In this document: piece after piece, positions 52,836 through 64,000 of the stretch | How positions within the stretch are numbered: position 1 is the stretch's first letter | Layout of the letters: each line of letters begins with the position of its first letter | NCBI GenBank assembly: GCA_002811645.1 | Contig: PDIP01000258.1 | Coordinates: 12,419 to 76,418, forward strand | Length of the DNA stretch: 64,000 nt | Origin: Corallochytrium limacisporum Hawaii | Taxonomy: Eukaryota; Protista; Pluriformea | Direction: 5' to 3' | Made by a program: the position numbers and the translations under genes | Notes under the pieces: model-generated | Told to the model about the DNA's origin: nothing | What the model saw: the letters and a program-made list of their open reading frames with translations, nothing else | Database searches by the model: none

Positions 52836-53828
52836 ATGATAGAGGAGAACTTGGTGGTGGAGGCCACGGAAACTAACCAGCCCATATCCAGTACCGTTGA
52901 GCAGGATAAGGGGACAACTTCCCATGCATCACAAGTGGCTCGACACTACGATCGTCAACCTGGCTTGTCTCGCCATGAACGAGCGAAGCATCCAATTTTC
53001 CATCTCAAGAACTTCAACAATTGGGTGAAATCCTGTCTCATCAGCACGTACTTACAACCGGGGAGCACTGTGTTGGACCTCTGCTGCGGTAAGGGTGGAG
53101 ACCTAGCAAAGTGGTCAGTCGGGAAAGTCAGCTACCTTGTGGGTGCTGACATCTCAGCAGAGTCTATCCGCGTCTGCGAGAAGCGCAGCAGGGAGAGCAA
53201 GAAGCCTTTTGACTTCCACTACGTCGTGGCAGACCTGTCAAATGAGAATTTGTCCGCCAAAGTTGATGATGCTTGTGGTAAGGAGATCTACTACGACTTC
53301 GTCAGCTGCCAATTCGCATATCACTACAGCTTTGAGACCGAGGAGAAGGCGCGGATGCTCCTTCATAATGCAACGGAGCGCTTGAAACCAGGCGGTTACT
53401 TTGTAGGTACCATCCCAAACTGCTACCGGATAGTGAAATCGGTTATGGAGGCTGACGGTCTTTCCTTCGGCAATGATATTTATCAGGTTACGTTTGAAGA
53501 CAAGAAAAACTTCCCAAAGTTTGGAGCCAAGTATAAATTCTGGTTGAAGGGAACAATCGACAATATGTCAGAATTTCTTGTGCATTGGGAAACATTCATA
53601 AGTGTTGCAGCAGAATTCGACCTAGAACTCGTTGAGTATTGTAGATTCCATGAGTATTTTGACAAGAAACTACATGATCCCGATGACAACAAGAGAAGGG
53701 AAGCTGAAAATCTCTTAAAGCGGATGACTGTACTGAATCCCCAGGGAGAAATCCCAGCCAACCAGTGGGAGGCGATTGGACTATACGTATTGTTTGCATT
53801 CAAAAAGAAAACTAAGGAATCCGATTGA
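52836..53828 (+). CDS. RNMT: mRNA cap guanine-N7 methyltransferase, 330 aa
   Basis: VARHYD, LKNFNNWVKSCLI, VLDLCCGKGGDLAKW, VSCQFAYHYSFE, LKPGGYFVGTIP, EFLV, WEAIGLY..FAFKK. Confidence 0.95.
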   Translation: MIEENLVVEATETNQPISSTVEQDKGTTSHASQVARHYDRQPGLSRHERAKHPIFHLKNFNNWVKSCLISTYLQPGSTVLDLCCGKGGDLAKWSVGKVSYLVGADISAESIRVCEKRSRESKKPFDFHYVVADLSNENLSAKVDDACGKEIYYDFVSCQFAYHYSFETEEKARMLLHNATERLKPGGYFVGTIPNCYRIVKSVMEADGLSFGNDIYQVTFEDKKNFPKFGAKYKFWLKGTIDNMSEFLVHWETFISVAAEFDLELVEYCRFHEYFDKKLHDPDDNKRREAENLLKRMTVLNPQGEIPANQWEAIGLYVLFAFKKKTKESD

Positions 53829-54025
53829 AAAGTTAGCACCGTATCATGCTCTGCTATCAAATTCAATTGACTCTCAAAGTAGCATAACAATTAAATACAA
53901 CCCATCGTTTAAATTTCAATTCAATATAACACGCGCTCCCTCAATTGGGTTATTCACTTAATGCAGTTTGCTCTATGATTGTGAAGAGAAAAACTAAAGG
54001 GGGGACTGGAAGTTGCGTCTGGTTT

Positions 54026-55438
54026 TCAAACCACTAGTGGAAGTATCGGTGGTTTCTTGGGCCGCGCAGCGACTAGTGCAGCTTCGTTCATTGAATCATA
54101 GTATTTGGGAATGTCCTCTGTACAAATTGTTTGCGCGACCAGAATCTGAGTATTCGCAAGGACTTCCAGCAATTTGTCCAAGGATTTTGCTGCTTTTGCT
54201 CCGCGTAGGTTTTTTCTTATGCACCTTGTCTTGTAGTCGTATTTAACAATTTTTTCCCACCCGTCGCATCTACAAAGCGCACCACGATAAATTGTAAGCG
54301 ATTCATGTCAAGCATTTCATGATTCTCTAGAATTCCCTTAAACAGTCACGTAGAATTCCAAATCATTCTGTGCCTTGGCAGCCTTGCGTTCACCACTGCT
54401 GTTCATGTTGAACTGCACCTCAGGGGCGAGAAGGTCCAAGCTACGCATCATGGTGTCGTAGCGGTCTGGGTTCTCTTCGAGGAGAGCATCGGATGGATGG
54501 TCCTTTAGAGTCTTGGAATGCACACCTTAGAGACCAGTTCTGCATAGGGGGTGTTCTGGAGTGTTTTTCCCATTCCTCTCGCATTGACTTGCGATTGGCC
54601 CGCAGGGACTTGAGAATTTCCGGGTTGGAGCACCGCCGATTAGATGCCGTCGTTACTGTAGAGCCTGCAAGCTGCGGACTGCTCCAGAGAGGAGCTCCGC
54701 TGCCTCGCGGACCCAATTGCTGTACGTGCCTCTGTATTTCGGCATCACCGAGCATGCGATGGAGTGCCTCAGCCAAAGCCAGCTTCTTGTCTGATTCATG
54801 CGGCACGATGTTGCAGATGGTTTGAGCCGTACGTTGATCTTGTTCAGTCCAGCTTAGATACAAGCGGTACATGATCAGCAAGCTGGCTAATTGCAATTTC
54901 TGCCTCATTTCCGCCTCTGGACTTGTGGAGAGTTCAACCACGTTTGGGCACCATCCCACAGTGGCCACTATTACCGACTGGAACTTGGCCTTGATAGGTA
55001 GTTGCTGTAGATCTTCGATAGAACACCGGGGGTGCGCTCTAAGCTTAATCTGGTGATCTCGGAGTACAATAGCAGTGCAGAAGTAGCGTTTAGATATTCT
55101 GCCTCATTGCCCAACTGAATGGAAACATTGCTGAAGAGAGATCGTGTTGCTGGATTTTCATATCTGTTGAAAACGCTTCGATTCAATCTCGTTAAATTCG
55201 TGCAATAAGCTCTACTCCGCGGTTGTTGCATTGTCATCGGCGCTTTTAACATTGTTCGATAGAGATCCAATAATTTATGGGCCCGACCCATATTGCATAG
55301 ATAGCGCCGGAAGCCATCCATGTCCTGAAGAATGTCCTGGTCTACTTGATCTAAGTCATGAGCAAGTATTACTTGCGCCAGCAGACCTAGTCTGCACTGC
55401 CTACTACAGATAAACGGATTGAGTCTGTTCAAGTCCAC
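54026..55438 (-). pseudogene. Probable decayed gene of unknown family (consecutive overlapping frames)
   Basis: Protein-like ORF pieces 55438-54971, 54968-54441, 54523-54338 and a further piece ending near 54026 succeed one another in different frames with no good splice signals. Confidence 0.35.
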
Positions 55439-57278
55439 CCAGTGGATTCATTTTTCTTGGCACGCATTATGCTGACATCCAGTGATTCTAGAAGAGGGTA
55501 ACCAGTTTATTTTCCTCGAGTTAACGTCATAGACTCCCTTCACAGACATGCTATCCGCCATGCAAAATCTGAAGAAAAACCGCTCCGTCCTACGGTCAAA
55601 CTTGAGGCCTCAAGTCCACATCCTGGACGGAGTGGATCTCCCATGGCGGGTAACAAGCCAGAGCCGGACCGGGAACCAATAACATTCTCTGACTCCCATT
55701 ATAAGTTCTTGCTTTAGCACTTTCATTCTTGCAAAGACGTTACTGTCTCTATACCAGCAGATCATCTGGTCATGGCGCTTCTCAAACTATGAGAATCCTG
55801 GTTTGGTGGCCAATGTGGTAGGGTTCTGAACAGGTATTAGCCCGTTCCTCGAGGGGCACTCTCGTTCCCAACCCTAGACTACACACGGCGGATCACGAAC
55901 TCTTCACATTTCTCTGTCGGGCATCCATACAATGAACCCTGCTGAATTTTATTGTAATGGAGCTCTCCACGCTTTGTGGCCTACGGTATTTTCAAATTCC
56001 TCCGTCCCCGCGCTTGCATAATCAGTTTCTATACTGGGCTTGGGTTCCGATGAAGGAGTGCGCACGGCGACCCTCGATCTGGAAGAAAGCAGGGCGGGTT
56101 TCCTACCGTTTTTTGGGCCTCCTCTTCGTCACCCACTGGAAACGAAGGATCTCGAGTGCGCACAGTAACTTCCAAGAAACTGACAATCAACTGCTGTCGC
56201 CTAGAAGAGCTTTTGGAATGTACCGGCGCTGCGGATCATCGCTCGACCTCCTTTTTGACATCGATCACAACAAGATCAATATGTTACGAAGACATGGAAG
56301 CAGTTTTTGGTTGCATGCGATTGGAAAAATTTGAACTGTCCAATGTGCAGATGGAGTGGTTCAGTTTCCTCACAGTGCTGTGATCACGCCGCTGCTACGA
56401 CCAATTTCTGGTAAGGTACATTTTGTATGACCTCCTAGCCCTTGGCCTCAGGTCCTTTTGGTCGGGCTCCTCCCGTCTTCAGTACTTTCACTATCGAACT
56501 CAAGTTGTTTGCTGCACAGTACTCTTTCCTCGACAAAGGGGTCTATTTTGAGGCGGGAAGACGCCATTCCTATCTCTTGGGCGTTTGAAATACCACACAC
56601 GCCACCAAAGTTATAAATGAATCTCTAAAAGCCACCATTTTATCCACGCACATCTTGCAGGAGCCGGTGATGTAGACTAGGAAAGCTGAGCTCACAGCGA
56701 GCTGTCTGCTTTTGTGTTGAAGTCGGTTAGGGTGTAGATTTAGTACGGGTCTATGCTATCCCAATATACTGATATCGTCGGTCACGAGTGAAGTATCATA
56801 AAGTGAAGCGAATTTTCGATGCACCCCACAACAGATTGTAAAAACGGATGGTCAATTGTGTATGAATCGTGGTAGGTCGCATGCAATCATCGCGTAACCA
56901 CTTATGCCACTCCGTGTAAGGGTTTCGTTTGAAAAGAAATCCGACTTGCCCCATTTGCGCCGAACTCTTATCACCCATCTGCAATTCTTGTGACACAACC
57001 ATACCCGTCGATAGACATATTGAATTTGTATGAGTCCAGCTGTAAAGGACGAAGGGGAAGCGGCCCTTGACCTTCTGGGGGGGAGTTTTGGGGCCAGGTT
57101 CCAAATTGATTGTCGGCCCACCTCGTGCCAGGTACCAAGTAGTGGGTTATGTATGCAACGTAGGCAGTAGGTATTTCAGCCCCTGGTGAGAAAGTTGACG
57201 GAGTTACTTATCTTGTTTTGCAATTTTTCAATATCTAGAGAATCATAGCGCCCATGATGTAACACAATGACATGAACC

Positions 57279-58295
57279 ATGGTTTTCGGTCGAAAGAAGA
57301 ACAAGCAGGAGCCAGACACGGCTGATATCAAGAAAGGCCGAAAGGGCAACAAGAAACAGAACGGCGGAGATAGGAATAATGGACGGAGACGACAATCTAA
57401 GGAAGGAGAAGAGCAAGAAGGAAAGCGCCGTCGAAGAAGATATCCGGTTGACCCTCTTACTGCAGAGTTCAGGAAACAGCTGGAAGAAAATGGATTAATC
57501 ATGCGCCGAATGGCTCCGGACGGCAATTGCCTATTCCGTGCACTGGCACATCAGTACTATGAAGACCACACAGAGCATATGAATGTCAGGAAGGAGACAT
57601 GTGACTACATTGAACAGCATCGCGAAGACTTTGAGCCCTTCATTGAGACCGGACTGCCTTTTCAGAGGCATGTGGCCTCACTGAGGAAGCGTGGCACTTA
57701 CGGTGGTTCAGAAAACTTGGTGGCCTTCTCACGGCTGCACAAGGAGATCGCTATTGCCATACATCAATACGAGCAACCGGTATGGATCATATATGCTGGT
57801 GAAGAGGAGCAACCCGAGCGGACGGTTCACCTTTCATACCACAATGGCGAGCATTACAATGCGCTGCGAGATAAGGGGGAAGATGAAGGAGAGGATTTGG
57901 AATTCGTGTTCAGTGGGAGTCTAGATATGGATGACGAAGAGCACATGATCCAGGCCATCATGAAAGCAACAGAGGAAGAAGACATTGATCTCGTTCGGGA
58001 CGCTTTCAAGGATAATGAGCACGATATGGATGCTACTATAGAGTTTCTGGAGTCTTTGAAGCTCACGTGTGGTTCTGAAGCGAATACGGAGGACTCACAG
58101 ACTTCAGATGGAAGAGACCGACCGGCATCGTCCGAGGGCCGCATCCAAGAAAACAGTCCGCAAAGAGTTGAAAAGAAACTCCCATTAGCAAATATGACAA
58201 GTATGACAAGTGCACGCTCGAATGCATCGGGCCCTGATAGCCCGAGGCGCGTGGCCAGCGGGACTCCCCGATCCTTGTCTGCAATGAGAGTTTAA
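57279..58295 (+). CDS. OTUD3: OTU deubiquitinase, OTUD3-like, 338 aa
   Basis: MAPDGNCLFRALA (Cys), REDFEPFIE, HLSYHNGEHYN (His); UBA/CUE-like DIDLVRDAFKDNEHDMDATIEFL. Confidence 0.85.
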   Translation: MVFGRKKNKQEPDTADIKKGRKGNKKQNGGDRNNGRRRQSKEGEEQEGKRRRRRYPVDPLTAEFRKQLEENGLIMRRMAPDGNCLFRALAHQYYEDHTEHMNVRKETCDYIEQHREDFEPFIETGLPFQRHVASLRKRGTYGGSENLVAFSRLHKEIAIAIHQYEQPVWIIYAGEEEQPERTVHLSYHNGEHYNALRDKGEDEGEDLEFVFSGSLDMDDEEHMIQAIMKATEEEDIDLVRDAFKDNEHDMDATIEFLESLKLTCGSEANTEDSQTSDGRDRPASSEGRIQENSPQRVEKKLPLANMTSMTSARSNASGPDSPRRVASGTPRSLSAMRV

Positions 58296-58450
58296 ACATG
58301 TGCACATTCCATAGCCCAAGAAATGATCATCAAGCAATTCATTCATGTACAATTAATAATAGAAAGTTCATCAATTACCTACACTACGTTCATTGAAGAG
58401 ACACGTCTTCTTACCGTCTATTTTGCATATGTTGAGGATTTGGGCGTCGT

Positions 58451-58639
58451 TTATGAATTGGGCTGTGCAGCCTCTTCACTCTCCTGTTTTTGCATGGCCC
58501 GTGCTTCTGCTACACGCTTGGTTTCATGCTCGTAAAAGCCACCATATACTGCCATGCACTCATAACTAGCCCCGAACAGTAGGCCGATGCCAGCCACCTT
58601 GGCTAGAAAGCTATTCGACAGTCCCTGCACAAGTGGCAT
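58451..58639 (-). CDS. Small single-pass membrane protein, UPF0640/SMIM4(UQCC5)-like, 62 aa
   Basis: LLFGASYECMAVYGGFYEHETKRVAE resembles the family pattern GA-xE-xM..GFY..R.AE; ATG at 58639. Confidence 0.55.
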   Translation of the reverse strand: MPLVQGLSNSFLAKVAGIGLLFGASYECMAVYGGFYEHETKRVAEARAMQKQESEEAAQPNS

Positions 58640-59101
58640 TGTACGATTTGTATGTATATCAACCAGTGTCACTTCGGATGGAACGCCGTCAAAACAAGCA
58701 ATTCATTGCTGTTGCATAGCGCATGAGTCGTAAGGACCTCTACCACAGAAAGATTTGACCGCATGAGCGTGCCAGGCACAGGCCTGTTATAGAGAAATTG
58801 GTGCCGGGGTCGCTCACCTACCTCAGCAGCTGCACGCCAGACTGAGCAGAAGGAGAATTCTCAAGGGGAGGGGACTCAGTTGGTCTAGCCCTCAGTAAAG
58901 GGAGTGATGGTATAGTGTTGTCACTATTCCTCTATTTTCACGGTACAAAAGAATATTGGGTCCCAATCTGACTGCTGACATGTATTGCACAGACTTTTAA
59001 GAAGAATAAGGAGTCATCACAGATCATTCAAGAAAGATGTGAGCCAAACGGGTGATATTTCGAAGACCATAAAGATTCCAATGGGCGGACAATAACAAAG
59101 G

Positions 59102-60115
59102 ATGATGGACTTGAGTAAGTTCTCAAAAAAAATCGACTGGCTAGCTGTCGGATTGGGCCAGTTATTGGCTCTGTTCCTGACAGGCACCGCAGTTACGTCT
59201 CAATTACTTGCAAAAACCTATGATGTGTACCTGCCGACTACCCAAGGTTTAGTAAACTATGTCATGCTGGCATTATGTTTCGGCATCGTGACATTGCGCA
59301 ATCACGGAACGGAGGGAATAAAGCAGGCCTTTACTAGATGCAAAGAGGACTGGGCTTGGTACCTAGTGTGTGTTATCGCAGATGTGGAAGGTAACTATAT
59401 GGTTGTCCTGGCTTACCAGTATACAAATCTTGCGTCCATCCAGTTGCTTGACTGTCTAGCCATTTTCTCTGCAATGGTCCTATCGAGAGTGCTGCTGAGA
59501 CGGGTGTTTTCGCTATATCAGTACGTTGCAGCGGGCATCTGTGTTCTGGGTGTTGTGTGCTTGGTGGTTGCGGACGTAGAGAGCACAGCACTCCCGTCTG
59601 GCGCTGGATGGAAAGAGAGTCTCCTTGGGGATGGAATATGTACCATAGGTGCTCTGCTGTACGGGGCGAGCAATGTGACACAGGAGTACATCGTAAGGAA
59701 GTATGGCACCACACATACCCTGTTCACGATTGGCTTTTGGGGATTGTTTTTGAGCATCTTTCAGATTCTGATTCTGGAGTACCATGAACTTAACCAGCAC
59801 CTGGGATCAGAGTGGGCTGTGTGGGGACTGATTGCGGGATACTCGTTCTTCCTCTTTTGCATGTATGCCACAACACCGTTCCTGCTTAAACGAGCCAATG
59901 CTGTAGTCTTCAATCTTTCACTGCTCTCTACAGATTTTTACACGTTGATTGCAGCAGTTGTCATCTTTGCCTACCATTTCAGTGTGCTCTATCTGGTGGC
60001 TTTCCTGATCACCATTAGTGGACTCATCTATTACCACTGGGAGATGGGAAAGGATCCAAGCATGGCTCAAGGACACCAACATCGGTCGGAGTACAATGTA
60101 CTGGAAGATCAATAG
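59102..60115 (+). CDS. SLC35F: SLC35F1/F2-like (DUF914) drug/metabolite transporter, 337 aa
   Basis: LGQLLAL..TGTAVTSQLL, PTTQ, ADVEGNYMVVLAYQYT..SIQLLDC, GALLYGASNVTQE, NLSLLSTDFY. Confidence 0.92.
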   Translation: MMDLSKFSKKIDWLAVGLGQLLALFLTGTAVTSQLLAKTYDVYLPTTQGLVNYVMLALCFGIVTLRNHGTEGIKQAFTRCKEDWAWYLVCVIADVEGNYMVVLAYQYTNLASIQLLDCLAIFSAMVLSRVLLRRVFSLYQYVAAGICVLGVVCLVVADVESTALPSGAGWKESLLGDGICTIGALLYGASNVTQEYIVRKYGTTHTLFTIGFWGLFLSIFQILILEYHELNQHLGSEWAVWGLIAGYSFFLFCMYATTPFLLKRANAVVFNLSLLSTDFYTLIAAVVIFAYHFSVLYLVAFLITISGLIYYHWEMGKDPSMAQGHQHRSEYNVLEDQ

Positions 60116-60937
60116 TTGAGATTCCTCTAAAGTTAGCATGAGAGCTAACGTATAATATGATTCATCGTAACATTTCATCATGTTGTGCAGACTGTTGTAT
60201 TTCTTGTAGTGGTAGTGAAACCGAGACAGTTCACACCATTTTTGTTTGCGCTTGTGTTTTATGAATTCAGCGGTTTAGTGACGTCGAAATTGCAATGCAG
60301 CAAGGAGGTTGCACACTGGTGATAACAGGTTAGCTCTTGTGCCTTCGTCGATGTATCTTCTTTCCGTCAGTGTTTTAAACTTCATTTACAATACCGTCTT
60401 CTACAATTCTGTTTTAACGATGAAGCTCTTTCCAGCCAGGACCCGTGCGGCCGTGATGGCTTCGTGCATGACGAGGTCGTTTTTCTCGTCATTGTAGATA
60501 GCCTCAGCTATCTCACGCACACCCATCTCCTCAATGCCGCTCGGCCAGAGACTCTGGATTTGGCCTCGCAGTGCTTTCTCTCCGCCCAGCTTCTCTAGCG
60601 CCCTGTCTGAGCGGCAAGAATGGAATCTGTGTTCTGCTGGTCATGACCAGGTTTGAAAACACGTCCCGGTGAGAGACCATGCAAATATTTCCGTCAGAGG
60701 CAGTGTTTGTATGGAGCATTTGGTGGCCAGCTGCCTAACAAACAGGTTTGCTCCACAGCGTGCAAAGACTGGCGAGAACCTCCTCAAGAACTGCTGTAAG
60801 CGTACACAGGAAACTGACATTCTTGCTCAAGATGAGCCATCCTCTAGTACACATAAACGTGCTAATTATTCTATAGTTGGTACTCTGGTAAAGGAAACAT
60901 ATTGATTCTTGATTGCTCAACACTTCAGACTGGGCCC

Positions 60938-61537
60938 TCAATCGCTCATGTCGACTTCCAAGACCTCGAGGTTGACCAAGACGCGTGCCTCCATCCCGAG
61001 TCGCTCTTGGACGCGATAGAGGAAGTCGTTATGGGACACGACCACAATCAGGCTCTCCGAACGCGTCCTCAAGAAAGATAGCGCTCTGTCCACCCGATCA
61101 GTAAGAGCTTCAAAGGTCTCCCGCTTGATATTCCACATCGTGTCCTCATCGGTGGTGATGCGTGAGAAGACCACGTTTGGAAATATCGGCTTCAGGTCTG
61201 TGACGGCTCTTCTGCGATCGCAAGGATGCAAGCCACATCGTTCGCGAAGCTCGTCCATGGCCACCATCTGCGGGGCAGCATCTGTCTCCAGTTGGTAACG
61301 GAATACACACGTGGCCGATTGCAAGGTGCGCATCAGTGGGGACACAAAAATGATGTCAACATTGCCGTACTTCTCCTGTACTTCCTTTCCTACGCGTGCG
61401 CACTCTTTCAGGCCATGTTCGGTTAAGGAAGCATCGAAGAGCTCTTCTCGATGGTACGCATCGTCACCGTTCTCACGGACAGCAACGTTGTGGTACCCTT
61501 CAGCGTGGCGAATGAATAAGACTTTGCGGTTGGGCAT
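60938..61537 (-). CDS. Histidine phosphatase (phosphoglycerate mutase-like)
   Basis: FIRHAEGYHN, DASLTEHG, VSPLMRTLQSA, LRERCGLHPCDRR, VVVSH; first ATG at 61537. Confidence 0.9.
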   Translation of the reverse strand: MPNRKVLFIRHAEGYHNVAVRENGDDAYHREELFDASLTEHGLKECARVGKEVQEKYGNVDIIFVSPLMRTLQSATCVFRYQLETDAAPQMVAMDELRERCGLHPCDRRRAVTDLKPIFPNVVFSRITTDEDTMWNIKRETFEALTDRVDRALSFLRTRSESLIVVVSHNDFLYRVQERLGMEARVLVNLEVLEVDMSD

Positions 61538-61554
61538 GGTTTTGCTTAGCGAAA

Positions 61555-61935
61555 CTAGAAACAACACTCGCAGTCAAAGGGACAATCTGCAGTGTTTCCC
61601 CCTTTGGCGTGGTCAAAAATCTTAAGCTCTGCTTCTGTGTACACCGGTACACCGTCGATTACTTTGCGCCCAGCTTTCCTTCCACGAACGTCAGCAAAGA
61701 TGTCGTCGTCTGCTTTCTCTGGAGCAGTCTCCTTTGCCTTATCCTTTTTACTATTTGCCTTGGTTTCTTTTCCCTCACAAGATTGTCTATTGGATGCCTT
61801 GGATCTCTCGTCTATCCTTATTCTCTTGTCAGGCTTGGTAGCAAAGATGTCGTCAATTTCGTTTGCCGAAGCCTCTTCCTGCTTAGGTTCTTCCTTTGAC
61901 GGTGCTACGGCCTCATTCTTCCGCTTCTTACCCAT
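61555..61935 (-). CDS. DUF1764 family protein, 126 aa
   Basis: NEIDDIFA, DDIFADVRG..RKVIDGVPVYTEAELKI..GGNTADCPFDCECCF. Confidence 0.88.
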   Translation of the reverse strand: MGKKRKNEAVAPSKEEPKQEEASANEIDDIFATKPDKRIRIDERSKASNRQSCEGKETKANSKKDKAKETAPEKADDDIFADVRGRKAGRKVIDGVPVYTEAELKIFDHAKGGNTADCPFDCECCF

Positions 61936-62312
61936 TTTTTCATTTGAATACCATTACAATTAGAAAATCTGTCCTTCAAGGCGACAGGCTGCGCAAGATG
62001 TGAAATACCTGAGCCCAGATAGGAAACCCATCTCCCACGCGATGGCACCCTCTCGGGCCACGGAACTTCTGAACTTCTGACTGAAAGCCTGCGTGGGGGG
62101 CAGGCAAAAATGAGGGAAGGAAGGGACGGGGAGTGTGCATGGTGAAAGGGGCGGGTGATCAATGCTAAGTTCGAATCGGGGACAAAATGTGGAACCATCT
62201 CACAATATACAGTCAAAATTCAATAGGCAGAATAGCGAATTCTTTATGTAATGAATGTGTGTAAGTGACGATGTGCATATGACGATACCATCGGCTTCGT
62301 TGGGCACTGCAT

Positions 62313-63275
62313 CTACTCTTCCTTGGCCTTGACCTTGCGGGGACGGATCCACAGACTGTAGACCGGCACAAAGGAGTCCAAGAAGTCCTTGTCGGCAAAC
62401 AGATCCGGAAGAATCCAGAAATGAATCTTGCCCAGAGTCAGGATCCAAAGGGCGATGAAAAGAGATAGACGGAATACACACAGATAGATGATGCCAATCA
62501 ACAGGTACAATGATCCACCTGTCAGATAGCTGAGATAGTGGCGAATAGTGGGAGGCCACAGAGGTGTCAGAACAAAGGCGACAATGACCGTCAGGATCAA
62601 AATCCCGATAAAGTAGTTGAGATAATTCGGTAGATCATAATTCCAGACGAACAGGGCCTCATTTGCGGGATCGAAGGGCATACCCTTCGAGAATGGAACC
62701 ACAAACATTTCCGCACCACCGTCCTCGGTGCGCTTTACCATCCTCGGGTTCACTGACCTGAGCGGGTGGATCTCTACATTTTCTCCAAGTTTTTGTGCTT
62801 TCTTCCGCAGAAAGGTGTCAACCTTGTATTCCGCCCGGCGACAGTTACCGGAGTCCATAATCCACTGCATCATAAAGATGGCAGCGCTCCGTCCTGTAAT
62901 CATCTTATCCTTTCCTGCAAAGGGACACTTCTTTGATGTCAGGGCACGAATAGCATGCTCACCACGGAAGTAAGCCACACGGTCCAAACCTTCCTGACCG
63001 AAGTCACCAATCCCGGATCTAGTCTTCATGTTCTTCCTTAGCCAGTCCATAACCTTCTTCATCTCTTCGTCCGACTTGTTGGAAATGTTTCCAACCTTTG
63101 GAGATTCAGCAAGCTTCTTGTATTCGTTGGCCAATTTGGTCATGTGGGCCTTGACAATTTCTTGGTTTTTGTTCTTGTCATCCTTGATTTCATTTACGAC
63201 AGGGGCATCCTGAGACTTAGGTGCTTCCACCTTCTGTGCCCCACCGAGTAGCGCTGCAGCCCCTGCTCCCGACAT
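62313..63275 (-). CDS. SEC62: ER translocation protein Sec62, 320 aa
   Basis: RVAYFRGEHAIRAL, FVWNYD, TM1 ending VLTPLWP, TM2, HFWILPDLFADKDFLDSFVPVYS. Confidence 0.9.
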   Translation of the reverse strand: MSGAGAAALLGGAQKVEAPKSQDAPVVNEIKDDKNKNQEIVKAHMTKLANEYKKLAESPKVGNISNKSDEEMKKVMDWLRKNMKTRSGIGDFGQEGLDRVAYFRGEHAIRALTSKKCPFAGKDKMITGRSAAIFMMQWIMDSGNCRRAEYKVDTFLRKKAQKLGENVEIHPLRSVNPRMVKRTEDGGAEMFVVPFSKGMPFDPANEALFVWNYDLPNYLNYFIGILILTVIVAFVLTPLWPPTIRHYLSYLTGGSLYLLIGIIYLCVFRLSLFIALWILTLGKIHFWILPDLFADKDFLDSFVPVYSLWIRPRKVKAKEE

Positions 63276-64000
63276 GGCTGCCGCTCTGTTTTAGGACTTG
63301 TGTGTATGAACACTCGTAGTGGATATCCTCACAACAGAAACAAATCTGGAGCAGATGTTTGTATTGGAAATACCTCATTATGCGAAAGATAATCTTGAGC
63401 TCAGAAAAAAACATACATGCGCAGCGGGCTTCCTCCCCTCTTCTATCCACCACATCTTGTTTGCACCGTTTTTGCATTCGCCACCAATTTACATGTGACC
63501 CCCCTCCCTGAACGACCACCACACATAAAGCCAAAACACTGAAAGGGCTCATCTCACTTCTTGGAAAGGTCTTTCACTGATCGCCCTGTCGATGAAAACT
63601 GCCAGCATAGTGCCCAAACACTTAACCGTGGTGTTAGGTGGGGGAGTGAGCGGTGGGGCAAACAACGTTTTCTCTCCGTTCCCCTTGCGTAATTCAAAAT
63701 AAATATATATGTTAGGTTTATAGTTTTAGATCTACCCCGGCCTTCTGCAGGTCCAGGTGTACCACCCTCTGTCTGGTATGTTAGGGTCAAAACTCCGAAA
63801 AACTTGACTCCCGAGGATCTTTTTTAATCTTGATTGTATAATAACTTATATTGATTCCATTCTATTTCATTATATTTTGCTCTTTTTAACAATCATAAAA
63901 AAATATTTCAATAGCTGATTCAAACGAAGAGTCCCTGCTACTCTCAAAAAAGGACTATTTTGACTTTGGCTTGACATTGAACACATCGTAGTCGTACAAA

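Noticed and set aside
60120-60400. SECIS element for the UGA-containing ORF
   Set aside because: AUGA-containing candidates lack a good stem and the paired GA quartet
62130-62185. GTTCGAATC B-box/T-loop-like motif suggesting a tRNA
   Set aside because: No T-stem or cloverleaf can be formed
435-63213. Numerous antisense or nested ORFs overlapping the identified CDSs
   Set aside because: Expected shadows of codon bias in real genes; none shows independent motifs

Overview
Gene-dense, almost intron-free eukaryotic DNA with about 30 recognisable protein genes, mostly single-exon housekeeping genes in head-to-head or tail-to-tail pairs. The gene set combines animal-type RtcB, FAM72, LAMTOR5, RPAIN, a Mondo/Mlx bHLH-ZIP and Cdc42 with a type I metacaspase and a Puf4-type PUF protein. 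This points to a unicellular opisthokont, most plausibly a holozoan with an intron-poor genome such as Corallochytrium (inference, not verified). Only three introns are well supported, all within 26.3-26.9 kb. No rRNA, tRNA, CRISPR or intact transposon was recognised. Best leads: (1) a soluble class II HMG-CoA reductase fused to a ~400-aa domain resembling a degenerate class I terpene/isoprenoid synthase; (2) a Mondo/Mlx hybrid with a duplicated MCR3-like glucose-sensing motif; (3) palindromic poly(C)-poly(G) tracts marking promoters; (4) a same-strand gene pair only 17 nt apart (possible polycistron); (5) several bacterial-like or plant-like genes. All family calls come from recognising motifs by eye; no database search was run.
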